DNA of 64,000 bases from an uncultured Aliarcobacter sp. (GTDB lineage: Bacteria; Campylobacterota; Campylobacteria; Campylobacterales; Arcobacteraceae). Under the pieces are notes generated by a model, which was not told the origin of the DNA, did no database searches, and was given only the letters and a program-made list of their open reading frames with translations. Shown piece by piece: positions 1-10,962 of the stretch. How positions within the stretch are numbered: position 1 is the first letter of the stretch; the number at the start of each line of letters is the position of its first letter. Where the stretch lies: positions 512,001 to 576,000 of the forward strand of contig OY781945.1 of assembly GCA_963677435.1 (NCBI GenBank), read 5' to 3'. Made by a program: the position numbers and the translations under genes.

Positions 1-921
1 ATCTTTATTTATAACTTTTAGTTCATCCAAGTTACTTGGAAATAGTTTGTAATTAAATATATTACCTGTTGATTTATACATTTTATAATAATTATTTACC
101 ATAGGAGTATTATAAAAGTAAGTTTCTATCATACTAAAACCATTAATAAATATAACAGGTTTATTCAATAAAATTGCAGGCATTACGGCAGTACTAAAAG
201 TTGTGGCAACAATATCCGCTTTTTTGCTTAATTCTTCTAAATCTAAATGTTCTTTTAATAATATTAGATTAGTTGGTATTTCTTTAAAGTATCTATATAA
301 ATGTTCGGCTTTATGTTTTGTATTTTCTTCATCTTCTAAAGCTCTGGGTTTAACTACAATATTATAGTTTTTATGTTTTTGCGCTAACTCTATTAAAAAT
401 TCTGCTAATTGTTCTTTTCCTTTTTTCCCTGAAGGATAAAAATGTTGTTCTAAAAACAAAAATATTTTTTTTGATTCAGGAATATTTTGTGAAAGATGTA
501 TGTCAAAAGGTATACCAATAGGAATTATATTGTGTTTTATCCCATTCTTAATTTGATTATCAACAAATTTTTCACCAAAACAAAATGTATAATCTGCATA
601 TAAATGAGCTCCTCCTAAAACATATTCATCAGGGATTAAATGAAAAAATAAACTGATTTTTAAGTAGTTTTCTTTTAAGACTTTGTTTAATACTTCACTA
701 TTTAATATATTTCCATAAATTGCTACTTCATATTTTTCATATTCATCAAATTCATCCCAATATATAGTTTTTACTTCTTTATTAAATAACATATGATTAT
801 GAACATCTTCTTTATGAGTAAAAAGAATTAAAACATCATCTCCATTTCTTTTAAATTCTAAAGAAATTTTTAATAATGAAACATTATATGAATCAGTTGA
901 CGCAATTATTAAGATTCTCAT
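1..921 (-). CDS. Partial (3' end off-window) GT-B-like / polysaccharide biosynthesis protein
   Basis: Not in the ORF track. ATG at 919-921 overlaps the neuC TGA (ATGA). My translation MRILIIASTDSYNVSLLK...IVVKPRA...ADIVATTFSTAVMPAILLNKPV stays open to the window edge. The KP and ST(A)..A..L.KP motifs resemble sialyl/capsule GT-B C-terminal domains. Confidence 0.7.
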   Translation of the reverse strand, partial: MRILIIASTDSYNVSLLKISLEFKRNGDDVLILFTHKEDVHNHMLFNKEVKTIYWDEFDEYEKYEVAIYGNILNSEVLNKVLKENYLKISLFFHLIPDEYVLGGAHLYADYTFCFGEKFVDNQIKNGIKHNIIPIGIPFDIHLSQNIPESKKIFLFLEQHFYPSGKKGKEQLAEFLIELAQKHKNYNIVVKPRALEDEENTKHKAEHLYRYFKEIPTNLILLKEHLDLEELSKKADIVATTFSTAVMPAILLNKPVIFINGFSMIETYFYNTPMVNNYYKMYKSTGNIFNYKLFPSNLDELKVINKD

Positions 922-2051
922 TGTGAAAATTCCTGAAATTGTTTTTGGCATAAAATATTCCATAATTTCCCATTCTCTAGCAATTCTAGAAATAATTTAT
1001 CACTTTTCCCCTCACCAAAATAACTTAAATCATAAGAATTATTTTTTTTATAATATTTGATTCCTTTAATAGATTCTAATATTTTTTCTTTTTCATAATT
1101 GCAATGAAATATAGAAGAAAGTTTCGATCTATTAAATTGTCTTGTTCCTATGTCAATAGTTGGAGTATTATAAAATGGTGCTTCCCTAATACCAGCACTT
1201 GAGTTACCTATAATAAATTGGCATTCTTTTAACAATCTTAAAAAATATTCAAATCTTAAAGATGGAAAAATTTTTATTTTTGGATTATTTTCTAATCTTC
1301 TATATTCAGTAAGTATTTCAATAGAACCCAAATCATTATTTGGATAAATAATTATGTAGTTTAAATTACTTTCTAATAAAGCATCAACAAAGTTTTTTAT
1401 ATTTTCTTTTGTTTGTTCGTATTCTGTTGTAACAGGATGAAACATTGCTAGAGAATAATTCTCGTAAGTAATAGAATAATAGTTTTTTACAAATTCAATA
1501 GTAGGTAAAAACTTAGGATTCATTAAATCTAAATCTGGTGAACCTAAAACAAAAATAGAATCATTTAATTCTCCTAATTGTAAAATTCTGTTTCTTGCAT
1601 CATTATTTGCTACAAGATGTATATGAGACATTTTACTAACGGAATGACGAATATGTTCATCTATTGTTCCAGATATTTCACCACCTTCAATATGGGCAAC
1701 TAATATATTATTTAAACTACCTACAATTGAACCAGCTAGTGCTTCTACTCTATCACCATGAACTATAATTAAGTCAGGTTTAATATCATGAATATATTTT
1801 GAGAAGCCTTCAATTGTCCGTGCAAGAGTTCTATCCATATGCCCAATTGTTTCATGATTTATGAATTGATAAATATTTTTGAAACCAGCCTTGTATATCT
1901 CATCAATAGTTAATCCATATAATGGATTCATATGCATACCTGTAGCAAAAATATGTACTTCATAGTTTGGAGATTGTTGAGATATCGTAATTAATGATTT
2001 CAATTTTCCAAAGTCAGCTCTTGTTCCGGTTAAAAAAACTATTTTTTTCAT
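918..2051 (-). CDS. neuC: UDP-N-acetylglucosamine 2-epimerase (hydrolysing)
   Basis: TGTRADFGK, HGDRVEAL, HIEGGE, GNSSAGIREAP motifs. Confidence 0.93.
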   Translation of the reverse strand: MKKIVFLTGTRADFGKLKSLITISQQSPNYEVHIFATGMHMNPLYGLTIDEIYKAGFKNIYQFINHETIGHMDRTLARTIEGFSKYIHDIKPDLIIVHGDRVEALAGSIVGSLNNILVAHIEGGEISGTIDEHIRHSVSKMSHIHLVANNDARNRILQLGELNDSIFVLGSPDLDLMNPKFLPTIEFVKNYYSITYENYSLAMFHPVTTEYEQTKENIKNFVDALLESNLNYIIIYPNNDLGSIEILTEYRRLENNPKIKIFPSLRFEYFLRLLKECQFIIGNSSAGIREAPFYNTPTIDIGTRQFNRSKLSSIFHCNYEKEKILESIKGIKYYKKNNSYDLSYFGEGKSDKLFLELLENGKLWNILCQKQFQEFSQ

Positions 2052-2509
2052 AGGTTCTCTGTAAAATTCTGAATATCTTCAATTGAAAATTCATCTTGTT
2101 TATTTAAATATCGACTCCATGTTATATTCTCTTTTACTACTTTTGCTGGTATTCCAACGGCAATAGAATAAGATTGTATTTTATTCGTTACAACGGCATT
2201 AGAACCTATAATGCTACTTTTCCCTATGTAAGCTTTTGACAATAAGGTTACATTTCTACCTATCCAGACATGATTCTCTAAAATAACGCTACTAAATGAA
2301 GAATTAAGTATTTCTCCTGACGCTAAGTCGATTATTCCATGTTGGTTAGAAGATTGTACCCATACCCCACCTAAAAATAAACAATTTTTTTCACAAATAA
2401 ATTCTGAATTTTCACATACAAGAGTTAATCCCATTGCTTGAGTATTCTCTCCAAAAAAACCTTCACATAATTCTACTTCTTCTGGGAGATTTGGTAAGTT
2501 ATATCTCAT
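2048..2509 (-). CDS. Hexapeptide-repeat (LbH) acyl/acetyltransferase
   Basis: VILENHVWIGRNVTLL...IGKSSIIGSNAVV...VGIPAKVVK. Confidence 0.8.
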   Translation of the reverse strand: MRYNLPNLPEEVELCEGFFGENTQAMGLTLVCENSEFICEKNCLFLGGVWVQSSNQHGIIDLASGEILNSSFSSVILENHVWIGRNVTLLSKAYIGKSSIIGSNAVVTNKIQSYSIAVGIPAKVVKENITWSRYLNKQDEFSIEDIQNFTENL

Positions 2510-3503
2510 GATAATCTCTCTTTTTTAGAATTATTCGCATATGGTTAGCTAATTTGGCATCATCAATTAAAGCTTGTAAATAAGGTATAACTTCTTTTAA
2601 TTTTTCATTATAATTAATGTTATCTTCATATTCTTTCATTGATAAATAATCAACCATATCAAGACCATAATAATCTATACTGATTATTTCGAAACCAGAA
2701 ATTTTGGCTAAATAATCTAAAGATTTAAGATTATAAAAACATAAGTGTTCATAAGGTAAGAGTAGGTTTTGTTTTTCTTTTTGGAAATAAAAGGCAAAGG
2801 AATTAATATTGGGTGTATACATTACTATATAACCATTTGAAGTCAATTTCGTATTTAAAGTTTTAAAGAAATTCAATGGATTTGGTAAGTGTTCTAAAAC
2901 ATCGAACATTGTAATTATTTTAAAATAGTTATTTTGTAATTCACTTATATCTTTCTTTTCTACATCAAGATCTTGAGATTTACAAATATCAACTAAATAA
3001 TCAGTTAACTCGATTCCTTTAGCTTTGATATATTCATCTTTTAAATAACTTAAGAAATATCCTGGACCACATCCTAAATCTAATAAAATATCATTTTGCA
3101 TATCAAAATTACATTTATTTAAAATATAATTTAATCTTTCTTTCCCAAAAGTTTTTTTTCTATATTCATAAGTTTCGAGTACTTCTATTTTTATCATTTC
3201 TTCATATTGATTATTTGCATAGACAATTTCATTATATTTATCATTTATCTCTATATTTGCAAATATTAAAGAACAACTATTACACTCAAATAATTTGTAG
3301 CTATTATGATTTAAGAATTCTTTATTGTCTTTTTTATTTCCACATAGAAAACAACAATTTTCATTGTCTTTTTTGTTAAGTATACTTCTTTTTTCCCAAA
3401 ATTTATTTCTTTCATCAATTACAAAATTTTTATAAAACCCTTTACTTCTTAATTTTAAAGGTTCAATATTAAAAATTTTTAGTTTTGAAAATATATCTAT
3501 CAT
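2499..3503 (-). CDS. Class I SAM-dependent methyltransferase with N-terminal Cys cluster
   Basis: [27 protein letters not shown]...CNSC. Confidence 0.85.
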   Translation of the reverse strand: MIDIFSKLKIFNIEPLKLRSKGFYKNFVIDERNKFWEKRSILNKKDNENCCFLCGNKKDNKEFLNHNSYKLFECNSCSLIFANIEINDKYNEIVYANNQYEEMIKIEVLETYEYRKKTFGKERLNYILNKCNFDMQNDILLDLGCGPGYFLSYLKDEYIKAKGIELTDYLVDICKSQDLDVEKKDISELQNNYFKIITMFDVLEHLPNPLNFFKTLNTKLTSNGYIVMYTPNINSFAFYFQKEKQNLLLPYEHLCFYNLKSLDYLAKISGFEIISIDYYGLDMVDYLSMKEYEDNINYNEKLKEVIPYLQALIDDAKLANHMRIILKKRDYHEI

Positions 3504-4543
3504 ATAATCTCATCTTCACTAATATGTGTATCACACGAAATATCTTTTGAAGCAACTTTCCCTAATATATTATTAAAAAACTCAGCTTTAATTTTTCCAG
3601 TACCTGGTCTTTTTACCCATAAATTTTCTGTTGTAAATATTTCACCTTTTTTAATATCTTTAATAGTGACAACTGTGGCAAAAGCAAAATCTATAGTAAC
3701 TTGTTCTTCTTTTGCAGCCTCTTTTTTCCCACCTCTCATTTTTGCAATTTCTTTACTTCCTTCAATAAGTTCTTTCATTGAATCTGGACCCATAGAGTTT
3801 ATAATATCAGGACCGGGTCTATCTGATTTATCTGTAAAATGTCTTTCTAAAATAGAAGCTCCTAATGCAGTTGCAGCAAAACAGGCTAAATTTGAAGTGG
3901 TATGGTCAGATAATCCTATTATTGCATTTGGAAAATAGTTTTGTAATTCTTGCATAGCTCCCAATCTAACTAAATTAGATGGAGTTGGGTATAAATTTGT
4001 AGTATGTAACAGAGCATAGTTGATGTTATATTTTTCTAAAATAGTAACTGTCTTTTGAATAGATTCAATATTATTCATTCCTGTACTTATAATCATTGGT
4101 TTACCAAATTTTGCAATATGCTCAATTAAAGGATAATTATTGCATTCTCCTGAACCTATTTTATATGCGCAGACATTCATTTTTTCTAATCTATTTGCCG
4201 CTGCTCTTGAAAAAGGTGTACTTATAAATATCATCCCCTTTGATTCAACATAGTTCTTAAGTTTTATTTCATCTTGTTCAGTTAATGCACATCTTTCCAT
4301 TATTTCATATATTGAAATATCTGCATTCCCTGGAATAACTTTTTTTGCTTCTTGACTCATTTCATCTTCAACAATATGTGTTTGATGTTTTATAACTTCT
4401 GCTCCCACACTATATGCAGCATCAACCATTTCAAAAGCAGTTTCTAAGCTTCCTTCATGGTTAATTCCTATTTCGGCAATTACTAAAGGAGGAAAATCTA
4501 AACCAATTTTTCTATTTTTAATTGTAATGTATTTATTTAACAT
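3500..4543 (-). CDS. neuB: N-acetylneuraminate synthase with C-terminal SAF domain
   Basis: [41 protein letters not shown]. Confidence 0.95.
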   Translation of the reverse strand: MLNKYITIKNRKIGLDFPPLVIAEIGINHEGSLETAFEMVDAAYSVGAEVIKHQTHIVEDEMSQEAKKVIPGNADISIYEIMERCALTEQDEIKLKNYVESKGMIFISTPFSRAAANRLEKMNVCAYKIGSGECNNYPLIEHIAKFGKPMIISTGMNNIESIQKTVTILEKYNINYALLHTTNLYPTPSNLVRLGAMQELQNYFPNAIIGLSDHTTSNLACFAATALGASILERHFTDKSDRPGPDIINSMGPDSMKELIEGSKEIAKMRGGKKEAAKEEQVTIDFAFATVVTIKDIKKGEIFTTENLWVKRPGTGKIKAEFFNNILGKVASKDISCDTHISEDEII

Positions 4544-5925
4544 ATTATTTCCCTTATGATATTGTCTAACGCTTCTCTTCCATGAGCTTTAAATAAGTAG
4601 TTTTTTTGATTAAAGATAGAGTTTTTCATAGTTGTAAAATAATTATTATCATCTATTAATTTCTGAATAATTGTTATCGCTTCTTTTATAGTTTCAGGCA
4701 TTGGAATATTAGGATTCTTGTTTTTTAATCTTTTATACATTTTCAATTTTGGTAAATTGAAATAAATAGGAATAACTTCCATTTCTAAAGCTTCAATTAA
4801 TGAGGTGGATGAGATACTAACAGCGATATCACTTCTTTGTAATACTTCTCCTACATCATGTGTTTCTTTGTTCATAAATACAATGTTATTTTCTAACTTA
4901 AGTAGATTTATATATTCTTGTGGAATAGGGTTTGAAGGGTGTTCTCTTACTATAATCTTTAAATTTAGATTGTTCTTTGCAGTAAAAATAATTAAATTAA
5001 TAAAATTGTCATAATATTCTTGGCTTATAAAATATTTTGTAACTTGAACAAAAAATGAAATAACTTTTACTCTGTGATTTTTATTATTAATATTCTGTAT
5101 TATATGATTACCTACAGCAATAAATTTACTATTTAAATTAAAGGGTCTAAAACCTTCTGAAAAGTACTCTCCCCAAGTTAAAAATTTCGAATAATTCATA
5201 TTTCTAAAAGTAGATGGATAGAATGGTGCATAACCATGTTGAATACAAATGGTTTTAATTTTCATTAATTTCCCAATTTCTCCTATTAATTGATCTGTAA
5301 TATGACATCCTTCAAAATTAATTATGATAGAAGGTTTAATATTACATAATATATTTATGAGTGAATGTAAGCTTATTGAGGTTTGTAAACCTTTTAAATG
5401 ATTAGGGAAATAAGATTCATCATAATAGTTCTCAAATAAGTTATATGAATACTCTTTTTCTTCAATATAATTGATTAATTCTCTTGATTTATCAAAACAT
5501 AAAAGGTGAATTTCCTTGTTTTTTAATTGATCAATTAGATTTTCTGCATATTTAAGAAATTTTAAAGACATTATTATAAAAAGAACTTTTGAATTATTTG
5601 ATGTGTAATTTTGGATTTTTTTTCTATATATATTATTTTCTTTATAAATAGGTATTTCTATATTTATCTCTTCTTTAATCATTAATTTTAATATATCTGA
5701 TTTAAATTTTTTTATTGTAGAATCATTTCGTTTAGTTATAAAAAGTTTATAAAAATAATCAATATTAGAAATAAAGTTGAAATACATTTCTCTTTCTATT
5801 GCATAACGCAAGTTAATATTTGATATTTTCCAACAACTAGATTCTTTTGATTCATATAAATCCATAAATTTAGTGATTGAATTTACTAAAACTTCATTAA
5901 AATTTTCAAATTTATCATAATTCAT
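4537..5925 (-). CDS. Putative GT-B glycosyltransferase / surface glycan biosynthesis protein
   Basis: [34 protein letters not shown] motifs. Confidence 0.6.
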   Translation of the reverse strand: MNYDKFENFNEVLVNSITKFMDLYESKESSCWKISNINLRYAIEREMYFNFISNIDYFYKLFITKRNDSTIKKFKSDILKLMIKEEINIEIPIYKENNIYRKKIQNYTSNNSKVLFIIMSLKFLKYAENLIDQLKNKEIHLLCFDKSRELINYIEEKEYSYNLFENYYDESYFPNHLKGLQTSISLHSLINILCNIKPSIIINFEGCHITDQLIGEIGKLMKIKTICIQHGYAPFYPSTFRNMNYSKFLTWGEYFSEGFRPFNLNSKFIAVGNHIIQNINNKNHRVKVISFFVQVTKYFISQEYYDNFINLIIFTAKNNLNLKIIVREHPSNPIPQEYINLLKLENNIVFMNKETHDVGEVLQRSDIAVSISSTSLIEALEMEVIPIYFNLPKLKMYKRLKNKNPNIPMPETIKEAITIIQKLIDDNNYFTTMKNSIFNQKNYLFKAHGREALDNIIREIIC

Positions 5926-5934
5926 AAAAAATTC

Positions 5935-6951
5935 TCAATTAAATTTTATTTTTTTTTGTTTAAGATTAATAAAGTAATTTTTAAATTCTTTATGATTTAA
6001 AGATAAATTAATAGTATCGATAGAATGAAATTGAAAAGCATTGCATGATAAATCAATACTATCTAGATGTAGTCTACTAAAAATTTTATCATAAACTAAT
6101 TTGTGATAGCTATCCTTTGAATTCTCAATTTCTTCGTTTGAGAACCCTAATAAAATAGGATTTGTGTAAACAAGATCTTTATCTAGTTTAAATTTGTCAT
6201 CTAAATTTTGTAGCGTCATGTTTTTGAAATTTAATTTTAGATGAGTATTTAAATATAAAATATTGTTGCAATAGTTTCCAATAATAAACATAAGTTTTCT
6301 ATCTCTTAAATCATTGAAATCGAAGATATAAATTTCTATATTAGCAAGTAAATCGTAGACACTTTTAGTTACAGAATAATTAATATTTTTAAATTCTAAG
6401 AATATATTTTTAAATAATTCTTTTTGCTCATTATTGTGACAAAATCCTTTAAACTGAACATTTGGAAATTTAATTATTAGTTCTTTAATATATTCTATAA
6501 ACTCCTTATCTTCTAAATTTTCTTCAGCAGCTAAAAATCCAATAGAGTTAGAACAATATATATCTTTGATTTTTTCTTTATCAATTGGACTTTCTAAACT
6601 GTTCAAAAATGATGCTTCATTAAATTTAGGATGATTTTCTTTTATTAATTCATAAGGTGAGTTTTGTAAGTTCTCTTGAGTATCATGATTCTTAAAGTTA
6701 ATTAAAACTTTTTGACCTACATATTCATTTGGCAAAATATATTCAAATCCAAATCCTTCTAACTCATAAATATCTTCTATTCTTTGTAGGTGTTTATCTG
6801 CAATGATTGTATCTATTAAAATATCATCTAAATATACATCAACTTTTTGGATTTCATCACTATTTACTTTTTTGCAAAAACCTAAAAAAGAAAAATAGTT
6901 TTCAGTATGAAGGACTCCGTAAGTTTTTTGGTTTTTAGATGGGACAATCAT
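5935..6951 (-). CDS. Hypothetical protein of the glycosylation locus
   Basis: 338-aa ORF co-directional with neighbours, RBS-like AGGTAG, no family recognised with confidence. Confidence 0.6.
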   Translation of the reverse strand: MIVPSKNQKTYGVLHTENYFSFLGFCKKVNSDEIQKVDVYLDDILIDTIIADKHLQRIEDIYELEGFGFEYILPNEYVGQKVLINFKNHDTQENLQNSPYELIKENHPKFNEASFLNSLESPIDKEKIKDIYCSNSIGFLAAEENLEDKEFIEYIKELIIKFPNVQFKGFCHNNEQKELFKNIFLEFKNINYSVTKSVYDLLANIEIYIFDFNDLRDRKLMFIIGNYCNNILYLNTHLKLNFKNMTLQNLDDKFKLDKDLVYTNPILLGFSNEEIENSKDSYHKLVYDKIFSRLHLDSIDLSCNAFQFHSIDTINLSLNHKEFKNYFINLKQKKIKFN

Positions 6952-6962
6952 TTCTACCTACT

Positions 6963-8837
6963 TTATATTTTATTACTGATTTTATCGTAGATACTATTAA
7001 AGTCATTTAAAATTTTATTAAGTTGAGAGCTTAATATTTCATTTGCATCTTGCTTATTTTTAAGAAATGTATAATAAGGCAATATTAGCTTAAAATAAGT
7101 ATCTAAAATATTTATAATAATTGAATATGAGATGGTTTTTTCTAAGTTTTTAAAGTTTGTAAAAAAATCTTCAATATTGTTAAATGATGATAATTTTTTT
7201 AATATTTTTCGCTCTTTTTGTATCTCTTTTATGTCTAAACTATTAAGCTGTTGTTTATTGATTTTTTTTAAGGAACTAAGTAAAAAATCTTTTAACATAA
7301 TTTTATCTATATCTGCACTGTTTTCCAGAGGTAGATTTTTAATCTCTAAAGAAGTTGTATTTTTAAAATATGCACCATCTGAGAGATTATATATTTTATA
7401 ACTCTTATCTAAAAGCTGGAGTTTATGGCTTAAATGTTCAATCATTTCTGTATATTCCATAAATGTCGGAACTTTTTCTTGTAAATTCCCTTTTACATAA
7501 ATGATGTTATTTTGAAAATTAATACTATTAGAACTACTATTTAAATTTATTTTTCTTGAAGAACGGTGAGTTCCAATATGTGTTTTCCCTGTTTTTGAAT
7601 CAAAAGAAGCATCAACACCTAAAAGATATAACTCTTTTGCACCTAATCTTAATAATAAATCAGTTCCAATGTCTCCTACCGTTACCCCTGATAAAAAGCC
7701 AAAATTTCTAAATAATTCAAGGGAGTTTTGCATAAAAAAGACATTTGAATCTTTTATGATTTCATATAAATTTTCGTCTATTTTGATTGAACATAAAATT
7801 GTTGAATTTTCATACATTGATTTTTTTATATTAAATTGATCCAACATACAATCTTTTTGACCATCAATTAAAATAATAATATCAGGAACAATATCAAGTA
7901 TTTGCAAATGTTTTAAAACAGCAGAAGAAGCCACAATTACAAATTTATTTTGATTAGTATAAAGCCACTCGATATTTCTAGCAAGGGAAACACCAGCACC
8001 TAAAAATAGGACTTTTTTCTTTTCAAGAAAATCATAATTTTTTGAGAGATTTATAATTTTATTTTCACTTTCTAAAAAATATTTAAATCCTCTTTTTAGA
8101 CTTATTAGATATTCAGAAAATGGGTATCTCATTTGGCTTGATTGGGTAAATTGTAAAGATAATTTATCAATTATTGCTCTGTATATCTCATCACTTAATT
8201 CATAGTGAATTAAATTGTTATACTCTTCTTGATATTCTAAAAAATCATTTACAATTTTTTGAAAATTAAATTCATCTTCTGCAATGGTAAAAAAAAGTTT
8301 TGATGATTTTGCAAGAGTTGTATAATCTGTCATAAACATTGAGAGTCTAAAAATCTCAAGATTAGGTTCAATTATTAAATAAGATTTTGCGTTAATACTA
8401 TTGTGGAAATCATTTATATGAACACCCAAAAGAGTTCCTATAAATACAAATTTATTTATTTCTGTACTTGTATTTGTAAAATTGTTTATGAAATCATTTA
8501 TGTATAAATATGCATTTATCTCATTTTCATAGTGATTTCTTTTTTCATAAGGTTCAAGTTTTATTAAACTAAAAGCATTAGAAAATTCAAAATTATTTAC
8601 TCTATCTTTTGCATCCACAAATGGGTCTTTATTATAAAAAGAAGTTTTATTTTTAATATCAATTAATTCAAATCTATTATCAATAAATTCAATTGAATAA
8701 TTTTCAATATTTAACTTTTCAAAAGCAACTAATTTTTCATATAAATCTTTATTATTTTGTTTAAAAAAAGTTAGATTATTTAAAAAAATTTGCTGTAATG
8801 TTTGTTGAATTTCTTCTAGTTCGTTTGTTTTACTCAT
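6963..8837 (-). CDS. maf: Motility-associated factor (Maf, DUF115) flagellin glycosyltransferase
   Basis: FIGTLLGVH, IEPNLEIF, LGAGVSLARNI, IVPDII, LYLLGVDASFD, IYNLSDGAYF. Confidence 0.85.
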   Translation of the reverse strand: MSKTNELEEIQQTLQQIFLNNLTFFKQNNKDLYEKLVAFEKLNIENYSIEFIDNRFELIDIKNKTSFYNKDPFVDAKDRVNNFEFSNAFSLIKLEPYEKRNHYENEINAYLYINDFINNFTNTSTEINKFVFIGTLLGVHINDFHNSINAKSYLIIEPNLEIFRLSMFMTDYTTLAKSSKLFFTIAEDEFNFQKIVNDFLEYQEEYNNLIHYELSDEIYRAIIDKLSLQFTQSSQMRYPFSEYLISLKRGFKYFLESENKIINLSKNYDFLEKKKVLFLGAGVSLARNIEWLYTNQNKFVIVASSAVLKHLQILDIVPDIIILIDGQKDCMLDQFNIKKSMYENSTILCSIKIDENLYEIIKDSNVFFMQNSLELFRNFGFLSGVTVGDIGTDLLLRLGAKELYLLGVDASFDSKTGKTHIGTHRSSRKINLNSSSNSINFQNNIIYVKGNLQEKVPTFMEYTEMIEHLSHKLQLLDKSYKIYNLSDGAYFKNTTSLEIKNLPLENSADIDKIMLKDFLLSSLKKINKQQLNSLDIKEIQKERKILKKLSSFNNIEDFFTNFKNLEKTISYSIIINILDTYFKLILPYYTFLKNKQDANEILSSQLNKILNDFNSIYDKISNKI

Positions 8838-8842
8838 TCAAT

Positions 8843-8850
8843 AGTATAAT
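8843..8850. promoter_or_regulatory. Overlapping divergent -10 elements (TATAAT on +, TATACT on -)
   Basis: AGTATAAT inside the 42-bp gap between the divergent maf start codons. Confidence 0.55.
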
Positions 8851-8879
8851 ATCTAACTAATTAAATAAAGGTTATAACT

Positions 8880-10928
8880 ATGACACAAGCAGAACAAGAT
8901 TTACAAAATGCATTAGTCAGCCAATATTTCGCCAATCTTGAGTTTTTTAAAGAACATGATTTAGAACTTTTTAATAAATTAAATACACTTTCAATGATGA
9001 TTGAGGAAAATTATTTCAAAGAAAATTTTGTCTTGGAATTTATAAAAGAAACAGGTGGTTTTGATATTTTAAATCTTGCAACAAATACCTATACATATGG
9101 AAGAAATGCTCAATTAATAAATGAAAATTTTTTAAATAATTGTGATTTTAGTAAAAAATCAATTTTTTCTAATCTAGTTAATAATTTATATTTGTCAAGA
9201 GATAAAGATATTGAAATAAGTTATTCTAAGTTTGATATTCTAGATAGGATTATATATGACAATATGTCTGAGTATGCTTCTATTTTAGGATATTGTTATT
9301 CTGATGAAAAAGTCTATAAAGAAATAGATAAATTTCTTTTTTTTGGTAATCTTTTAGGAAGTCATTTAAAAAGCTTTCAAGAAAAAATAGCTTTTAAATG
9401 TTGTTTCATTTATGAACCAAATTTAGAGATATTTAGATTATCTATGTTTGTAACAGATTACAAAAGTTTAAATAATAATTCAGAACTTATATTTTCTATA
9501 ATGGATGAAGAAGATATTCTTGTTAGAAAATTAAATCAGTTTTTTAGAGGCATGTTTATTTATTCAAATTACAATATTAAATATTATAAAATGATAAATG
9601 TAGATGATGGTGTATTTCATAAAATATTATCAGAACTATATCTATCAAATGGTTCAAGTTATGACTATACAAAACTTCTATTTGACACTTTTTATTCTGT
9701 TTCAAAACACATTAATAAGTATAAAATATTAACAACAAAGAATAAATCTGCTAATTTTTCTTTAACAAACGATAAACCAACTCTACTTATAGGTGCTGGG
9801 CCTTCTTTAACAAAAAATATAAAATGGTTAAAAGAAAATCAAGATAAATTTATAATTGTAGCAATTGGAGCAACATACAAAAAATTATTTGATAATGGTA
9901 TAACTCCTGATATTGTAACAACTGTTGATCCTAAATTTCACATATTAAATAGTACACATTTTAATGTTGAAGATGTAATATTGTTAAAAAATACAATTGT
10001 TTTGGCATCTATCAATACTCCAACAAAAATATTAGATAGATTCAACCAAGAAAAACTGTTTTTATATGAAGTTGTGGATACTTTTAAAAATAATTCAAAT
10101 GTTTATAATGGAATAAGTATTGGGGAGATTACTCTTTCTCTTTTACTTGATATGAATGTAAAAGATATATATTTATTAGGAACTGATTTAGCTTTTGATG
10201 AGAAAACAGGTTTAAGTCACTTTGATGGATATGTGAATAAAAGAGAAGATTTTGAGAATGATAAGTCAAAACTAGATGTAGTTTTAGAAACAGGAAATAG
10301 TTCAAGAGAAGAGTTTATTCAAATAAAAGGAAATAAAAGAAATAAAGTTGTAACAAACAGAATATTTGCTTTATCTATTAATCAATATGTTCGAATAATC
10401 ACTCTTTTTAAAAAGCCTTCTCAGAATATATATAATCTGTGTGAAGATGGTGCATATATTGAAGGTACAATTTTAAAAGATGTAAAAGATATAAAGAATT
10501 ATAAAAATATAGAAGTTAAAAGTTTTTTATGTAGTAATTTGGGAAATATAAGTGAATTTGGATTGTTAAAAAATGAATTTGCAGAATTAGATATAAAAAT
10601 TAATAATATGAGATTTATTAAAAAAACTTTAACTGAACAATTTTACAAACAAAAGAGTTCAAATGATATTTCAAAGTTCAATGATAAATTTTTAATTATT
10701 TTTAATTTAATGATTAAAAAGAATGATAAATTCTTTTTATCTATAATATCAAATTATTTTAATTTTGTAATTCCATATATTAATTATAGTTTAAATGATA
10801 AAAATATTGAAAATAACAAGATAAAAAATAAACTAAGTCAAATAGAAAATATTTTTTATAAACAAGTAGAAAATATAATAGATATTTATGAATCTTATTT
10901 ACTTCACATAAAAAAAGGGCTTAGATAA
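8880..10928 (+). CDS. maf: Motility-associated factor (Maf, DUF115) flagellin glycosyltransferase
   Basis: YEPNLEIF, IGAGPSLTKNI, GITPDIVTTVDP, IYLLGTDLAFD, IYNLCEDGAYIEGT. Confidence 0.88.
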   Translation: MTQAEQDLQNALVSQYFANLEFFKEHDLELFNKLNTLSMMIEENYFKENFVLEFIKETGGFDILNLATNTYTYGRNAQLINENFLNNCDFSKKSIFSNLVNNLYLSRDKDIEISYSKFDILDRIIYDNMSEYASILGYCYSDEKVYKEIDKFLFFGNLLGSHLKSFQEKIAFKCCFIYEPNLEIFRLSMFVTDYKSLNNNSELIFSIMDEEDILVRKLNQFFRGMFIYSNYNIKYYKMINVDDGVFHKILSELYLSNGSSYDYTKLLFDTFYSVSKHINKYKILTTKNKSANFSLTNDKPTLLIGAGPSLTKNIKWLKENQDKFIIVAIGATYKKLFDNGITPDIVTTVDPKFHILNSTHFNVEDVILLKNTIVLASINTPTKILDRFNQEKLFLYEVVDTFKNNSNVYNGISIGEITLSLLLDMNVKDIYLLGTDLAFDEKTGLSHFDGYVNKREDFENDKSKLDVVLETGNSSREEFIQIKGNKRNKVVTNRIFALSINQYVRIITLFKKPSQNIYNLCEDGAYIEGTILKDVKDIKNYKNIEVKSFLCSNLGNISEFGLLKNEFAELDIKINNMRFIKKTLTEQFYKQKSSNDISKFNDKFLIIFNLMIKKNDKFFLSIISNYFNFVIPYINYSLNDKNIENNKIKNKLSQIENIFYKQVENIIDIYESYLLHIKKGLR

Positions 10929-10942
10929 AATCTAAGCCCTTT
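10914..10942. terminator. Intrinsic terminator between convergent maf and flagellin
   Basis: AAAGGGCTTAGA-TAAAA-TCTAAGCCCTTT perfect inverted repeat with a U-run on the minus strand. Confidence 0.85.
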
Positions 10943-10962
10943 AGTATGTCTAATATTAATTA

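Noticed and set aside
3152..5957. Poly-T/A runs of 8-9 nt in glycosylation genes as phase-variation tracts
   Set aside because: Expected in AT-rich DNA, the ORFs are intact, and the poly-G tracts typical of Campylobacter contingency genes are absent.
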